From assembly GCA_029907515.1 (NCBI GenBank), contig JARYLT010000005.1:7106-71105 (forward strand): a stretch of DNA of 64,000 nt. The letters are read 5' to 3'. The notes under the pieces are model-generated. The model did not search any database. It worked only from the letters and a program-made list of their open reading frames with translations, and was not told the DNA's origin. Within the stretch, counting starts at the first letter, position 1. Every line of letters begins with the position of its first letter. The DNA comes from Spirochaetota bacterium. Its GTDB lineage: Bacteria; Spirochaetota; UBA4802; UB4802. The translations under genes and the position numbers were made by a program. This document shows positions 1-11,122 of the stretch, one piece after another.

Positions 1-8
1 TTAGTTTT

Positions 9-452
9 ATGCTAAACTATATGAAAATTACCAGCCAAAATTTTATATATTCTTTATCACGGATCAGACACCTGGCGCATACGTTTTTAAGTGAAGAGCT
101 GGAAAAAGTTTCAATTATAGATATACCGCCTTCATTTGGCGATGTATTTGTTATCGTAACCCATAAGGGGTCAATTTCATTAAAAGACATATCCTCATAT
201 ACCTATAAAGATAAATCAACAATCACTCTTATTGTCAAACATATGGAAGAACATGGCTATTTTAAACGCATTGTCAATCCACAAGACAAACGGAGTTATT
301 TAATTGCCCCTACAGATAAATCCCTGGCTTTAAAAAAATCTTTTAAAACTATCTCTGAAAAAATGAATAAAAAGCTTTTTCATAATTTATCAGAGCATGA
401 ACAACAACATCTTTTTATACTCTTAGAAAAGGTTATGACAAATATTAAGTAG
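9..452 (+). CDS. MarR family transcriptional regulator
   Basis: 147 aa winged HTH: 'KDKSTITLIVKHMEEHGYFKRIVNPQDKRSYLI' matches the MarR wing motif DxR. Confidence 0.9.
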   Translation: MLNYMKITSQNFIYSLSRIRHLAHTFLSEELEKVSIIDIPPSFGDVFVIVTHKGSISLKDISSYTYKDKSTITLIVKHMEEHGYFKRIVNPQDKRSYLIAPTDKSLALKKSFKTISEKMNKKLFHNLSEHEQQHLFILLEKVMTNIK

Positions 453-642
453 CATTTAATCAATTTCTTAAAGATATATTCATATCTCTCCTAGAGGTTC
501 TCATAAAGAATGAAAATAGTTATTAACACATGTTACCCTGAATATATTTCAGAATCTTTTTCTGACATGATATGCTTAAAACAAGTCTGTCTCCACTAAA
601 GCTTGGATTTATACTTACCATTATATTTTGAGGAGGTTCCAT

Positions 643-1725
643 ATGGATAGTTATGATACATTACAGCAGATACTTGATTCACACCCATCCACAGCCCCAA
701 AAACCAGAACATTTATGGAGATTTTACACATATTGTTTACGCCACAGGAAGCCCAACTTGCAACTCATTTGAGCTTTAAAGGAAAAAGTGTCAAAGATAT
801 CGCAGGGGCTTCACACATGGATATGGAATCAGCACACCAGATACTGGAACAAATGGCAAATAAAGCAATTATTTACACTGCAAAAAAAGATAATGAAGTC
901 CTCTATGGGCTTGTACCAACCATTCCTGGATTATTTGAATTTCCCTTTATGAAAGGAATGATAACCGAAACACATAAAAAGCTTGCACAACTGTGGGAAA
1001 AGTACCATCATGAAGCATTGGGCAACTCATTCAGTGGCAACCCCACACCGCTGATGCGAGTATTACCCGTTGACACAGCTATAGAACATGGCATTGTGAT
1101 TCATCCCTTTGAAGAAGCACGGAAACTCATTGAAAAAGCCCATTATATTGCACTTACCAACTGTGCATGTCGCGTAAGTGTCAATAAATGTGATAAACCA
1201 CTTGATGTATGCATGATATTTGATGGCGCTGCTGAATTCCTTATTGACCGTGGATATGCATGGAAGGCAAGTGTTGACCAAACCATCAATGCGTTAATAA
1301 AAAGTGAGGAAGCTGGCCTGGTCCATACCAGCAATAACAGCAAGGACCGTGCTACGGTTATATGCAATTGCTGCCCATGTTGCTGTACTGTGCTCAGGGG
1401 AAGAACTCAATTAGGGAATATCCATGCATTCAGTACAAGTCGCTTTGAAGCAAAAATTGATATACACAATTGCTCTAGCTGTGAGGCATGTGCAAATGGT
1501 CGATGCCCTATGAATGCTATAACTATGGAAGGTGGGATAGCTTCAGTAGATGAATCACAATGTATTGGCTGCGGCCTTTGTGCAAGTGTCTGCAGTTCAA
1601 ATGCAATAACATTAATTGAAAGAACATCAACACCCGATATCCCAGCTACAGTGACAGATATGGGAATTACAGTGGCACAGGAAAAGGGAAGATTAGATAG
1701 ATTTATTGAAGTGATGAAGAAATAA
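643..1725 (+). CDS. 4Fe-4S binding protein (N-terminal HTH-like region, Cys-rich core, C-terminal 2x[4Fe-4S] ferredoxin domain)
   Basis: CACR, CNCCPCCC, CSSCEACANGRCP and CIGCGLCASVC motifs. GAGGAGG RBS precedes ATG 643, so the start is moved from 628. Confidence 0.85.
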   Translation: MDSYDTLQQILDSHPSTAPKTRTFMEILHILFTPQEAQLATHLSFKGKSVKDIAGASHMDMESAHQILEQMANKAIIYTAKKDNEVLYGLVPTIPGLFEFPFMKGMITETHKKLAQLWEKYHHEALGNSFSGNPTPLMRVLPVDTAIEHGIVIHPFEEARKLIEKAHYIALTNCACRVSVNKCDKPLDVCMIFDGAAEFLIDRGYAWKASVDQTINALIKSEEAGLVHTSNNSKDRATVICNCCPCCCTVLRGRTQLGNIHAFSTSRFEAKIDIHNCSSCEACANGRCPMNAITMEGGIASVDESQCIGCGLCASVCSSNAITLIERTSTPDIPATVTDMGITVAQEKGRLDRFIEVMKK

Positions 1726-1730
1726 CAGTA

Positions 1731-1774
1731 TGCATGTAAACTCTGCTCCTTGATGTCAGCAGAGCTTACATGCA
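1731..1774. terminator. Long imperfect hairpin between convergent genes
   Basis: TGCATGTAA-A-CTCTGCT...AGCAGAG-C-TTACATGCA lies between the stops at 1725 and 1787. Confidence 0.6.
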
Positions 1775-1786
1775 CTTTTCATTCAA

Positions 1787-2347
1787 TTACATACCCAACA
1801 TTGCCTTCTTCAGGCTTTCCTGAACAGGCTTTGGTCCAAGCCATATTGCAAATAATGCTTTCTTAAGGTCAAGCCCGGCAACAGAACCCAATGTGGTTGT
1901 TTTCTTTGTTGCAGACGCAGTAAATACTGCTGTAATTCCTGTTTTTGGAGCATATCCCAATTGAATCACATCACCTTTTTTGAATTCAACAGCATCAAAA
2001 AGTTTTAAGAAAGCGTCCTGTTTGGCAGTTGCATAACCACTTGATGCAGCCTGTGCAAAACCCTCTTTTGTAGCTTCAAGGAATCTTTCTTTATTAAGAA
2101 GCACAGAGTCAATCACCAGCACAACAGCCATTGGCTCATCAGCTTCTACTATTGCCTTTGCATCGGCTGTTTTAAGGCTTTCAGGTACCCACAATGTTGC
2201 ATAATACACTGTACCTAAAATCCCCTTTGTTCTTTTGCCAGTACCTTTCTTCACCAGATCTTTTCCTCCAAGACTCAGCGAAAAAACATCAGACATCATG
2301 CAAACAGCAACCAGTAATGCTATAACAACTACTACACTTTTACGCAT
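1787..2347 (-). CDS. Secreted chalcone-isomerase-like (CHI-fold) protein
   Basis: N-terminal signal peptide; C-terminal 'ALFAIWLGPKPVQESLKKAMLG' is typical of the bacterial Chalcone_3 family. Confidence 0.8.
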   Translation of the reverse strand: MRKSVVVVIALLVAVCMMSDVFSLSLGGKDLVKKGTGKRTKGILGTVYYATLWVPESLKTADAKAIVEADEPMAVVLVIDSVLLNKERFLEATKEGFAQAASSGYATAKQDAFLKLFDAVEFKKGDVIQLGYAPKTGITAVFTASATKKTTTLGSVAGLDLKKALFAIWLGPKPVQESLKKAMLGM

Positions 2348-2434
2348 GTTTAACCTCCTTGCGTTATGGTAATTTTTTTATTACATATAGTTGATGGTCA
2401 TAGAGTACATACATTGTATTTATGCAATAGTCAA

Positions 2435-3088
2435 TTAAAAATTTTCCTGTTCAATTATAATTGACAGTGTATCCATAACATCAAAAAAATCATCCCATTC
2501 ATAGTATTCTTTATCTTCAGGCAAAAACTTTTTCAAAAGACCCCTGGCAAACACAATATCAGCATACTTTGCCATCTCAATATCGGTTGGTCCATCGCCT
2601 ATGGCTATTTTACATGTGTGGCGATAGTTACTCATAATGTTAGCCTTTGCCACCAGCTCACCTTCATGCTCATAATCAGAATACACTTTGAGATATTCAC
2701 CGCTAGCATCAATTTTTGCTGCATAGATTGCCGTAACCTTATTTTTCAAATTGCCTAATTTTCGGACCACGCTATCGTACAATCCGCCTGATATGATAAT
2801 AACAGGGATTGATCTGTTATTGCAATATTCCAGAAACTCCTCAAATCCTGGCCGTATTTCTTTATCATCAATATAAGCAAGCATGTCTGAATATAATGAA
2901 GAAGGCAACGATTCAAGTAGCTGTCGCACACCCTGCCTGATGGTAAGCTCCTTATTCCACATCTTTTTGCCAATTTCATCAAATAAACCTGGAGCAAAGG
3001 TTTTACACATACCAACAAATGTCTCAACGGTGGTTATCGTGCCATCAAAATCACAGAATATACAATATGTAGTATTGGTATGTTGCAT
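2435..3088 (-). CDS. HAD-IB family phosphatase (MtnX-like)
   Basis: Motif I 'CDFDGTIT', motif II 'IISGG', motif IV 'IGDGPTD...ADIVFAR'. Confidence 0.85.
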   Translation of the reverse strand: MQHTNTTYCIFCDFDGTITTVETFVGMCKTFAPGLFDEIGKKMWNKELTIRQGVRQLLESLPSSLYSDMLAYIDDKEIRPGFEEFLEYCNNRSIPVIIISGGLYDSVVRKLGNLKNKVTAIYAAKIDASGEYLKVYSDYEHEGELVAKANIMSNYRHTCKIAIGDGPTDIEMAKYADIVFARGLLKKFLPEDKEYYEWDDFFDVMDTLSIIIEQENF

Positions 3089-3116
3089 TATTTGATGGTT
3101 CTTTCGTTACGTTATG

Positions 3117-4703
3117 TTATATAGTATCCAATGAACTATCGCCCCGCGATTTTTCTAAAAGCGCTGTTGCATTATCCAAAATACTTCGGGAAGTGTGTGC
3201 CAGCTGCTGTATCTCATCAACCATCTGGGAAACAACTTCATTCATATGTTCAATGGCCTTTGCGCTTGCTTCAATTGCTGCTTTTTGTTCTTCAGTGCCA
3301 GCACCAATGTTTTTTGCCAGTTCAACGTTCTTTTCCATCTGGTCAATAATATTTTTTATATACTTCTCTTCAACGGTAACACTATCCTGCAGTATTTTAA
3401 TCTTTGAGGAACTTTCGGCCATACGGGCAATCAGATCCTTTAACATTTCAGCAGTTGTCCTGATAACCTCAACACCAGTTTCAGTGGTTTTTGTGCTCTG
3501 TATCAGCACTTTTTCAATATCTTTGATGCTCTCCGATGTTTGAAATGCCAGCTTCCCAATTTCATCCGCAACCACTGCAAATCCCCTGCCATACTCGCCT
3601 GCACGCGCAGCCTCAATGCTGGCGTTGAGTGACAGTAAATTTATCTTATCTGCTATATCAACTATTACGTTTATAGTGTCACCAATTTTCTGACTTTGCT
3701 CCCGTATCTGATTGATGGTTGCCTCAACCTCTTTGATTCTTTCGTTAGCATTGCCTGTACGCGCAACAACATTTTCAACTTCTTGAATTGTTTTATCTAA
3801 ATTTTGCCGCGTTTCGTTTTTTATAACTTTGAACTCACTGACAATCGTTTCCATCATTTCATTACCGCCCACCTGCTCTTCGGAAATGCGTGCTATGCTT
3901 TCCGCTGAGCCCAGCAGTTCTTCCAGTGTTGCTGATATCTCTTCAAATGTTGATGCCTGATTCTGCATCTTTTCGTTAAATTTTATAGTGAGTATATCCT
4001 GCTGTTTTACCTGTTCCAGTAAATCTGCTACCTTTTCCTTTATAGTTTCGTTGAGCTGTCTCTGCATATCCGATTGCTGCTGAATAACAGAAAGTTGTCT
4101 GGTGGAGCGATCATCATATTGCTGTACTACTTTTATATTGCGTGAAGCTAATATTCCAAACACCGCTGTAATCATGATAAAGAAAATCTCGCGAAATATA
4201 ATAAAGCCGTGGACTGGCTTGCCATCAAGTGTTGCATCCCAGTGTATAACCGCTCCATGAGCTATCGCCACCAATAAAAATGCAGTCCATGTTACTACAG
4301 TATAGCCAGTGTAAAAGGCCATAAGCCGTCGGTTGAAGTACAGTTGCAACATAACCAGTAATATAACCATAAGAACTGAACTGTTATACGACTCAAGTGC
4401 AAATGTCCAGTCATACTTTTGCGCATAGGCAAACTTGGCTACTAAAGATATATTGACACTGATAAATCCCAGAATCCATTCAAATACGCCAGTTGCTTTC
4501 AGTAATTTTTTTCTTTTATAAATAACATATGCCAGTATAACACAGATAGTGCTGATTAAGGATAATCGTAAAATTTCCAGAATATCCACTTCCGCCACTA
4601 TCTGGAATATGTGAGCAATTCCAGCCATTATAATAAATATAATAATATATGTTTCACTTGATTTTATTTCCAGAACCTGACGGGCTGTATAGTTTGTTTT
4701 CAT
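3117..4703 (-). CDS. Methyl-accepting chemotaxis protein with multi-TM sensor
   Basis: About 6 N-terminal TM segments; '[33 protein letters not shown]' signalling hairpin. Confidence 0.95.
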   Translation of the reverse strand: MKTNYTARQVLEIKSSETYIIIFIIMAGIAHIFQIVAEVDILEILRLSLISTICVILAYVIYKRKKLLKATGVFEWILGFISVNISLVAKFAYAQKYDWTFALESYNSSVLMVILLVMLQLYFNRRLMAFYTGYTVVTWTAFLLVAIAHGAVIHWDATLDGKPVHGFIIFREIFFIMITAVFGILASRNIKVVQQYDDRSTRQLSVIQQQSDMQRQLNETIKEKVADLLEQVKQQDILTIKFNEKMQNQASTFEEISATLEELLGSAESIARISEEQVGGNEMMETIVSEFKVIKNETRQNLDKTIQEVENVVARTGNANERIKEVEATINQIREQSQKIGDTINVIVDIADKINLLSLNASIEAARAGEYGRGFAVVADEIGKLAFQTSESIKDIEKVLIQSTKTTETGVEVIRTTAEMLKDLIARMAESSSKIKILQDSVTVEEKYIKNIIDQMEKNVELAKNIGAGTEEQKAAIEASAKAIEHMNEVVSQMVDEIQQLAHTSRSILDNATALLEKSRGDSSLDTI

Positions 4704-5342
4704 AGGAACCTCACAAAATGTTATTCAAAGGCTCTCAGTACTTATAGTATATGATGTAGATAGCAACGTCAATAATAATACTTTAGTGACAATAAATTGC
4801 TGTAAAATATCACCATGTTATCAGTACAAATTAGCATAATCATATTTTACATTATATATAATATAGCTCATACCGTCCAATTATCCTTATATTTTAGTTG
4901 AAAAAACTCAAGCTATATTCAGTCCTTTCACACAATGTAATTACTGCTATATTCAAACCAGCGGATATCCTGTATCCTGGCATCCATAATGAAATTTGCA
5001 CAGTGTTATCCTCCTAACTATAATATGGAAATTATATATACCAAATAATGGTCTATTCTTGTAATATCCGGATGTACATTGCCAGAAAACATGTGATATA
5101 CACTCCTGTCGCTTTTGGTGGCGAGGTAATATTACAATTTTTACCTGGAAAAAGTTAAGTAAAAAATACTGAAAATTTTTCATAAAAACATTTGCATTTT
5201 TATGTTACTTGTAACCTGCTATGTGTGAATATTGTTACAAATTATTCTTTATTAAACGTTTACAGTATCAATCTGCATTCCTTGTTCTCTATGGTTAAAA
5301 AAAAGTGAATTACACTATGTGTATTGATCAAGGTAGCTTATC

Positions 5343-6605
5343 ATGAACACCATTAACATTGCACCATTAAACAAAAAACGCTATCTTCATGTATTGCTCC
5401 CCCTTTTTGTTGGCTCAATTATTGCATATTTAGACCGGGTCAATATTGCCTATGCCGCACTTACCATGAATAAGGATTTAGGCTTTTCGGCCGAGATCTT
5501 TGGCATGGGTGCCGGTATTTTTTTTGTGGGCTATATACTTTTTGAAATTCCTGGCGCAATCATCGCGGAAAAATGGAACCCCAAAGGATGGCTCATGCGT
5601 ATCATGATTACCTGGGGTATTGTATCATTTTTCATGGCATTTATTACCAAACCATGGCATTTTTATCTGCTGCGCTTTTTACTGGGTACTGCTGAAGCAA
5701 GCTTTTACCCGGTATTATATGCAAGCATGATACCGCGCTGGTTTACACCAGAAGAACGCCCAAAAGCTATTGCCCTTATGCTGACATCACTTCAGGTTTC
5801 AGCAATTATTGGATCGCCTCTTGCGGGCTTTTTACTGGATATATCAGCATTTGGCCTTAAAGGCTGGCAGCTTTTATTTGTATGCGAAGCAATACCAGCA
5901 GTGTTATTTGGAATACTTTTATATTTTATTCTTTCAAATGACCCATGGCAGGTTACATGGCTTACTGATGCAGAAAAGAAATATTTATCAGATACGTTAT
6001 CTCATGAATTAAAACAAAAAGGGCAGCATTACACCGTATGCCAGGCACTCAAAGATAAAGAAGTATTGAAACTGGCACTCATCTATTTTCTATGGATAAC
6101 TGGCTTCTGGGGTTTCAATTACTGGATGCCAACTGTCATCAAAGAATTATCAGGCTGGTCAAATATTGCCATTGGCCTTCTTTTTGCCATACCCATGACA
6201 TTGTCTCTGATTGTCATGGTGTATATTGGTCACTCATCGTCAAAAACCGGTGAAAAGCGCCTGCATGGCGCCCTACCACTTGTAATTGCTTCCATTGGGC
6301 TTGGTGTGGGTGTTTTTATCAAAGACCCTGCAGTTAACATGATTTTTGTATGTCTGGCAGCAATTGGTGTCTTTGGTCCTTTTGGTGTGTGGTGGTCATA
6401 CCCCACAACGTTTCTGTCCGGGGCAGCAGCTGCAGGAGCTATCGGCCTTATCAATTCATCCGGAAATATTGGCGGGTATGTTGGCCCATATCTTATAGGC
6501 ATCATTAAAAACATTACCAATTCATTTGAAGTATCATTTGTAATACTTGCATGTATGGTGCTGACATCTGGCATCATGATGCTCACGCTGAAGAAGAAGG
6601 TGTAA
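5343..6605 (+). CDS. MFS transporter, ACS family (tartrate/aromatic-acid TtuB/HpaX-like)
   Basis: 'AYLDRVNIAYAALTMNKDLG', 'FFVGYILFEIP', 'LRFLLGTAEA', 'AAGAIGLINSSGNIGGYVGP'. Confidence 0.9.
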   Translation: MNTINIAPLNKKRYLHVLLPLFVGSIIAYLDRVNIAYAALTMNKDLGFSAEIFGMGAGIFFVGYILFEIPGAIIAEKWNPKGWLMRIMITWGIVSFFMAFITKPWHFYLLRFLLGTAEASFYPVLYASMIPRWFTPEERPKAIALMLTSLQVSAIIGSPLAGFLLDISAFGLKGWQLLFVCEAIPAVLFGILLYFILSNDPWQVTWLTDAEKKYLSDTLSHELKQKGQHYTVCQALKDKEVLKLALIYFLWITGFWGFNYWMPTVIKELSGWSNIAIGLLFAIPMTLSLIVMVYIGHSSSKTGEKRLHGALPLVIASIGLGVGVFIKDPAVNMIFVCLAAIGVFGPFGVWWSYPTTFLSGAAAAGAIGLINSSGNIGGYVGPYLIGIIKNITNSFEVSFVILACMVLTSGIMMLTLKKKV

Positions 6606-6607
6606 CC

Positions 6608-7126
6608 ATGAAAGGTTTTGTGCAATGTTATACCGGCAATGGCAAAGGGAAGACAACCGCAGCCATTGGGCTTGCTATCCGAGCGGCTGGCTGGGGCAAG
6701 CATTCAATTATCATTCAATTTTTAAAGGGACAAAAGTCAGGTGAACAAATAGCACTCAAGCGGTTTAACGATTTAATAACAATTGAAACATATGGAAGCA
6801 AAAACTTTTATATCCCTGGTAATAATGATACTGAACATAAAGCATTAGTGCACAAAGCATACAACCGCTGCATAGAAGTGTGTGGCGATAGTTCCTATGA
6901 TATAATCATCTGTGATGAAATACTTACTGCGCTGCATTTCAAACTTATTGCAATTAACGATATTATTGCGTTGACACAAGCCAAACGAATTGACGCTGAA
7001 CTTATTCTGACAGGAAGACAACTACCAAAAAAACTGTATCCATACTGTGACCTCATAACAGAGATGAAAGATATTAAACATTATTATGAAAAGGGAATCA
7101 GTGCACGGAAAGGAATAGAATGGTGA
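6608..7126 (+). CDS. cobO: Cob(I)yrinic acid a,c-diamide adenosyltransferase (CobA/CobO/BtuR)
   Basis: 'YTGNGKGKTTAAIGLAIRA', 'IQFLKG', 'ELILTGR', 'ARKGIEW'. Start is ATG 6608 after GAAGGTG. Confidence 0.92.
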   Translation: MKGFVQCYTGNGKGKTTAAIGLAIRAAGWGKHSIIIQFLKGQKSGEQIALKRFNDLITIETYGSKNFYIPGNNDTEHKALVHKAYNRCIEVCGDSSYDIIICDEILTALHFKLIAINDIIALTQAKRIDAELILTGRQLPKKLYPYCDLITEMKDIKHYYEKGISARKGIEW

Positions 7127-7132
7127 GTATAT

Positions 7133-7168
7133 AATCTAACGGCGAAGTTTAAGCTTCGCCGTTAGATT
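7133..7168. terminator. Hairpin between convergent cobO and acs (bidirectional terminator-like)
   Basis: Perfect 15-bp inverted repeat AATCTAACGGCGAAG / CTTCGCCGTTAGATT. Confidence 0.75.
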
Positions 7169-7178
7169 GGTATTTCGT

Positions 7179-9161
7179 TTACTTGCCCTGAAGTTTCTTT
7201 GCATCATTGATGAGTGTATCAACAACAGTTGGGTCTGCCAGTGTTGAAGTGTCACCCATACCTGATTTATCAAATTCTCCTGCTGCAATTTTCTTTAAGA
7301 TTCGACGCATAATCTTACCTGAACGGGTCTTGGGAAGTACATCTGCCCACTGAATCATTTCAGGTGTTGCAATCGGTCCAATCTCCTTACGGACGTGAGC
7401 AACAAGCTCTTTCTTGAGTTCATCAGATTTTTCCACACCAGTCTTAAGGGTTACAAACGCATAGATTGACTGACCTTTAATTTCGTGTGGATAGCCAACA
7501 ACTGCAGATTCAGCAACTTTTGGATGGGCAACAAGTGCAGATTCAATTTCAGCAGTACCCATACGGTGGCCGGATACGTTGATAACATCATCAACACGGC
7601 CAGTGATCTGGTAGTAACCGTCTTTGTCACGCTTACAGCCGTCACCGGTGAAGTACTTGCCAGGGAACTGTGTAAAGTATGTATTGAAGAATCTTTCAGG
7701 ATCCCCATATACACCTCGCATCTGTCCTGGCCATGACCGCTTGATACACAGATTACCAGAACATACACCTTCTAATTCAGTACCATTATCATCAACAATA
7801 CATGGCTCAACGCCAAAGAATGGAACAGTTGCCATAGCTGGCTTAATGTCAATTGCACCTGGTAGTGGAGTGATGAGGATTCCACCGGTTTCTGTCTGCC
7901 ACCATGTATCAACTATTGGACACTCACCCCTACCTATCTTGTTATAATACCAGTTCCATGCTTCTGGATTCAATGGTTCGCCAACTGAACCCAACAACTG
8001 AATGGATGAAATATCATGCTTGTCAACCCAGCTGTCACCTTCTTTTGCCAGTGCACGGATAGCGGTTGGAGCGGTATAGAAAATATTAACTTTGTATTTT
8101 TCAACGATTGCCCAGAATCTACCAAAGTCTGGATATGTAGGAACACCTTCAAACATAATGGTGGTTGCACCATTTGCCAATGGACCATAGACAATGTAAG
8201 AGTGCCCTGTTACCCAGCCAATGTCAGCGGTACACCAGTAGATATCACCATCATGATAGTCAAAAATTATTTTGTGTGTGAATGCAACATAGGTTAAATA
8301 ACCACCGGTTGTGTGCATTACACCTTTTGGCTTTCCAGTTGAACCAGAAGTATACAGAATAAACAGTGGATCTTCTGCATCCATCTGCTCAGCTGGGCAG
8401 TTGGCATCAACCTTTGCCATTTCTTCATGATACCACTTATCCATCTTGTTATCCCAGTTAACCTGGATCTTGTCGCCAACCCGTTTTACAACGATGTGCA
8501 GGCGAACAGTTGGACATTCAGCAATAGCTTTATCAGCATTGTCCTTCTGTGGAACTGCTTTTGCACCACGGAAGGTTCCGTCGCAGGACACAACAACTTC
8601 TGATTTACAGTCCTGAATTCGGTCACGAAGCGCTTCAGCTGAGAATCCACCAAATACTACCGAGTGAACAGCACCAATTCGTGTACATGCCAGGATACCA
8701 ATAGCAAGCTCAGGAATCATTGGGAGGAAGAATGTAACACGGTCACCTTTTTTAACTCCATTTGCCTTCAATACATTGGCAAATTTACATACCTGCTCGT
8801 GCAGTTCTTTGTAGGTGAACTTTTTGTCTTCGGTTGGCTCATTGCCTTCCCAGATCAAAGCAACCTGGTTGCCGCGTTTTTCAAGATGCCTGTCCAAACA
8901 GTTGTATGAAACATTAACCTTAGCATTGACAAACCATCGTACCCACAAATCCTTTGCTGTGGTACCATAGTTGCAATCCATTACCTTGTCCCATTTCTTG
9001 AACCAGGTAACATACTCTTCGGCAATCTTTCCCCAGAAACCTTCTGGATTTGCCAGTGATTCTTTCCACATCTTTTCGTACTCTTCCCGGCTCTTTATAT
9101 ACGCTTTCTTGCGGAATTTCTCAGGAACCGGGTAAATCTCTTTTAATGTAACTTCTGCCAT
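7179..9161 (-). CDS. acs: Acetate--CoA ligase (AMP-forming acetyl-CoA synthetase)
   Basis: '[12 protein letters not shown]', '[10 protein letters not shown]', '[15 protein letters not shown]'; 660 aa. Confidence 0.97.
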   Translation of the reverse strand: MAEVTLKEIYPVPEKFRKKAYIKSREEYEKMWKESLANPEGFWGKIAEEYVTWFKKWDKVMDCNYGTTAKDLWVRWFVNAKVNVSYNCLDRHLEKRGNQVALIWEGNEPTEDKKFTYKELHEQVCKFANVLKANGVKKGDRVTFFLPMIPELAIGILACTRIGAVHSVVFGGFSAEALRDRIQDCKSEVVVSCDGTFRGAKAVPQKDNADKAIAECPTVRLHIVVKRVGDKIQVNWDNKMDKWYHEEMAKVDANCPAEQMDAEDPLFILYTSGSTGKPKGVMHTTGGYLTYVAFTHKIIFDYHDGDIYWCTADIGWVTGHSYIVYGPLANGATTIMFEGVPTYPDFGRFWAIVEKYKVNIFYTAPTAIRALAKEGDSWVDKHDISSIQLLGSVGEPLNPEAWNWYYNKIGRGECPIVDTWWQTETGGILITPLPGAIDIKPAMATVPFFGVEPCIVDDNGTELEGVCSGNLCIKRSWPGQMRGVYGDPERFFNTYFTQFPGKYFTGDGCKRDKDGYYQITGRVDDVINVSGHRMGTAEIESALVAHPKVAESAVVGYPHEIKGQSIYAFVTLKTGVEKSDELKKELVAHVRKEIGPIATPEMIQWADVLPKTRSGKIMRRILKKIAAGEFDKSGMGDTSTLADPTVVDTLINDAKKLQGK

Positions 9162-9227
9162 CTATTACCTCCGATGTTTATATTGTAATATGCACATTAT
9201 GGGCACCGCTAGAGTGCGGTGTAACCC

Positions 9228-9827
9228 CTACGCATTCCTGTATTGTTCTTTCAAATATGCAGCTATCATTGCATCATAGCCTGATGTCAACTCAAAAACC
9301 TTAATTGCCAGCCTGAAATTTGTCTTTTCTGATACAGCACCGTTATTAGCTTCCATCTCTTTAAGTACTGTTTCATAATCAGATGGGTCAACAATGACCG
9401 TTACATATTTATAATTTTTAGCCGATGAGCGAAGCATTGCCGGCCCGCCAATATCTATATTTTCTATTGCTTCCTCCAGTGTGCATCCTTTTGCAACTGT
9501 CTGCTTAAATGGATATAAGTTGATAACCACCATATCAATGGGAATGATACCATGCTTCTGCATTGCCGCAACATGTTCAGGATTATCACGCAAACCCAGA
9601 AGAGCCCCATGTATCTTTGGATGTAGCGTTTTAACCCTGCCATCCATCATCTCAGGAAAACCAGTGTAATCTGAAACTTCAGTAACAGCAACACCAGAAT
9701 CGCGCAAAAGCTTTGCTGTTCCTCCAGTAGATAAAATATCAACACCAAACGCTTTAAGCTTTGAAGCAAACGGTACTATCCCTGATTTATCTGACAAGCT
9801 TATTAATGCTCGTTTAATTACTGACAT
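9228..9827 (-). CDS. purH: IMP cyclohydrolase (stand-alone N-terminal MGS-like domain of PurH)
   Basis: '[11 protein letters not shown]', 'STGGTA', '[12 protein letters not shown]', 'IENIDIGGP'. Ends at 199 aa without the AICAR transformylase domain. Confidence 0.9.
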   Translation of the reverse strand: MSVIKRALISLSDKSGIVPFASKLKAFGVDILSTGGTAKLLRDSGVAVTEVSDYTGFPEMMDGRVKTLHPKIHGALLGLRDNPEHVAAMQKHGIIPIDMVVINLYPFKQTVAKGCTLEEAIENIDIGGPAMLRSSAKNYKYVTVIVDPSDYETVLKEMEANNGAVSEKTNFRLAIKVFELTSGYDAMIAAYLKEQYRNA

Positions 9828-10514
9828 TTTAACCTTATTTAACTATTTTAATTATAATAAAATTGTCTTTTATTATCATACTACGGTTATGACCATTTGA
9901 ATAAGCACCTGAAAAAATACAAGCATTTTTTAAATATGAACAAAACCACTGTGTTTTAACAATAATCAAGACAACGGATAGCATAATTTTGTGTATGTTA
10001 TTATTAAGATAACTATCAATTCTTCCTCATTATTGATATATTTATAATAGTTAATGTGTTACACAATGAAACTAAGCATTGAATACCCTTATTTCACTTT
10101 TCTCTACATTATTACATACTGCTCTGCCCCCCTTCTCGTTCCGTGTGCGCTCTGCGATCCCTGCATTCTTTGCAAGATCCATTCTTTTATCTAACATAGA
10201 GTTTGCTGCGAGTACATACTTTTATCACATATTGCTCTGACACCATTATCGGCTCCCATTTCTATACTTTCATTTTCTGCATGAAACACAATATTTGACG
10301 TCGAGGCACAGTGATCGAGGCTATAAGACTTTGACCCTTCATTAAGCAGGCCTACAAGCGTTTGAGTGCCTGCAATTGTTGATTTACTACGGACGCCATC
10401 CTATTGATGCTCTGACCACCACATAGTCTTTTTTACCGATAACTATCGCACAGAATTAAAAAAATTTGATAATTATTGAAAATTTTTGTTGTCACACAGC
10501 AAAAATAATAGTAT

Positions 10515-10537
10515 TTTTATACTAAAATAGTATAAAA
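10515..10537. promoter_or_regulatory. Putative TetR operator
   Basis: Inverted repeat TTTTATACTA-aaa-TAGTATAAAA just upstream of the TetR start codon. Confidence 0.55.
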
Positions 10538-10549
10538 GTATAAAATATT

Positions 10550-11122
10550 ATGACTAAACGAAAACAACAACAGATTTTAACCACAGCCGAGGCGATGTTT
10601 AACCGTTTTGGCATAAAAAAAACGGCTATTGATGATATTGCCCGTGGTGCCCGGGTTGCTAAAGCCACTATCTACAATTATTTTGGCAACAAGGAAGGCT
10701 TGCTCAAGGCCTTAATTACACAAAAAATACAGCACTTTGAATCGGGCTTACTGAATATCGCTGAAACAGCCATAAATCCTGTTGATGCAATCAAATCATT
10801 AATCCAGGAACATATACGCCTTTTTACCAGCAACCCTTTCATTAACGACCCAGCGCTGCAGGATAACGAATTAAAAGAAGAACTCAACCAAAAGGAAGAA
10901 CATCTGCTACAAAAAATAGTACAGCACGCATCACGTAAGGGTTTATTACAAAGCGGCGACAGTAACCAGATAATCAATACGCTGCTATTACTGATCAAAG
11001 GACTGGAATCATCCATTAAAAATATCTCTTTTTCAATGGATTCATTGAATAACAGCATCAATTTTATTTCAGAGACATTCTTTAAAGATAAGGCAAAGGA
11101 GGGACATAATGGCACAGCTTAA
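10550..11122 (+). CDS. TetR/AcrR family transcriptional regulator
   Basis: 'FGIKKTAIDDIARGARVAKATIYNYFGNKEGL' HTH. Confidence 0.93.
   Translation: MTKRKQQQILTTAEAMFNRFGIKKTAIDDIARGARVAKATIYNYFGNKEGLLKALITQKIQHFESGLLNIAETAINPVDAIKSLIQEHIRLFTSNPFINDPALQDNELKEELNQKEEHLLQKIVQHASRKGLLQSGDSNQIINTLLLLIKGLESSIKNISFSMDSLNNSINFISETFFKDKAKEGHNGTA

Noticed and set aside
4704-5342. Cobalamin riboswitch upstream of MFS-cobO
   Set aside because: No GGGAA..GGTG core or B12-box is recognisable.
9830-10549. ZTP (pfl) riboswitch upstream of purH
   Set aside because: The conserved GACTGGCG and CGCCTGGG elements were not found on the minus strand.
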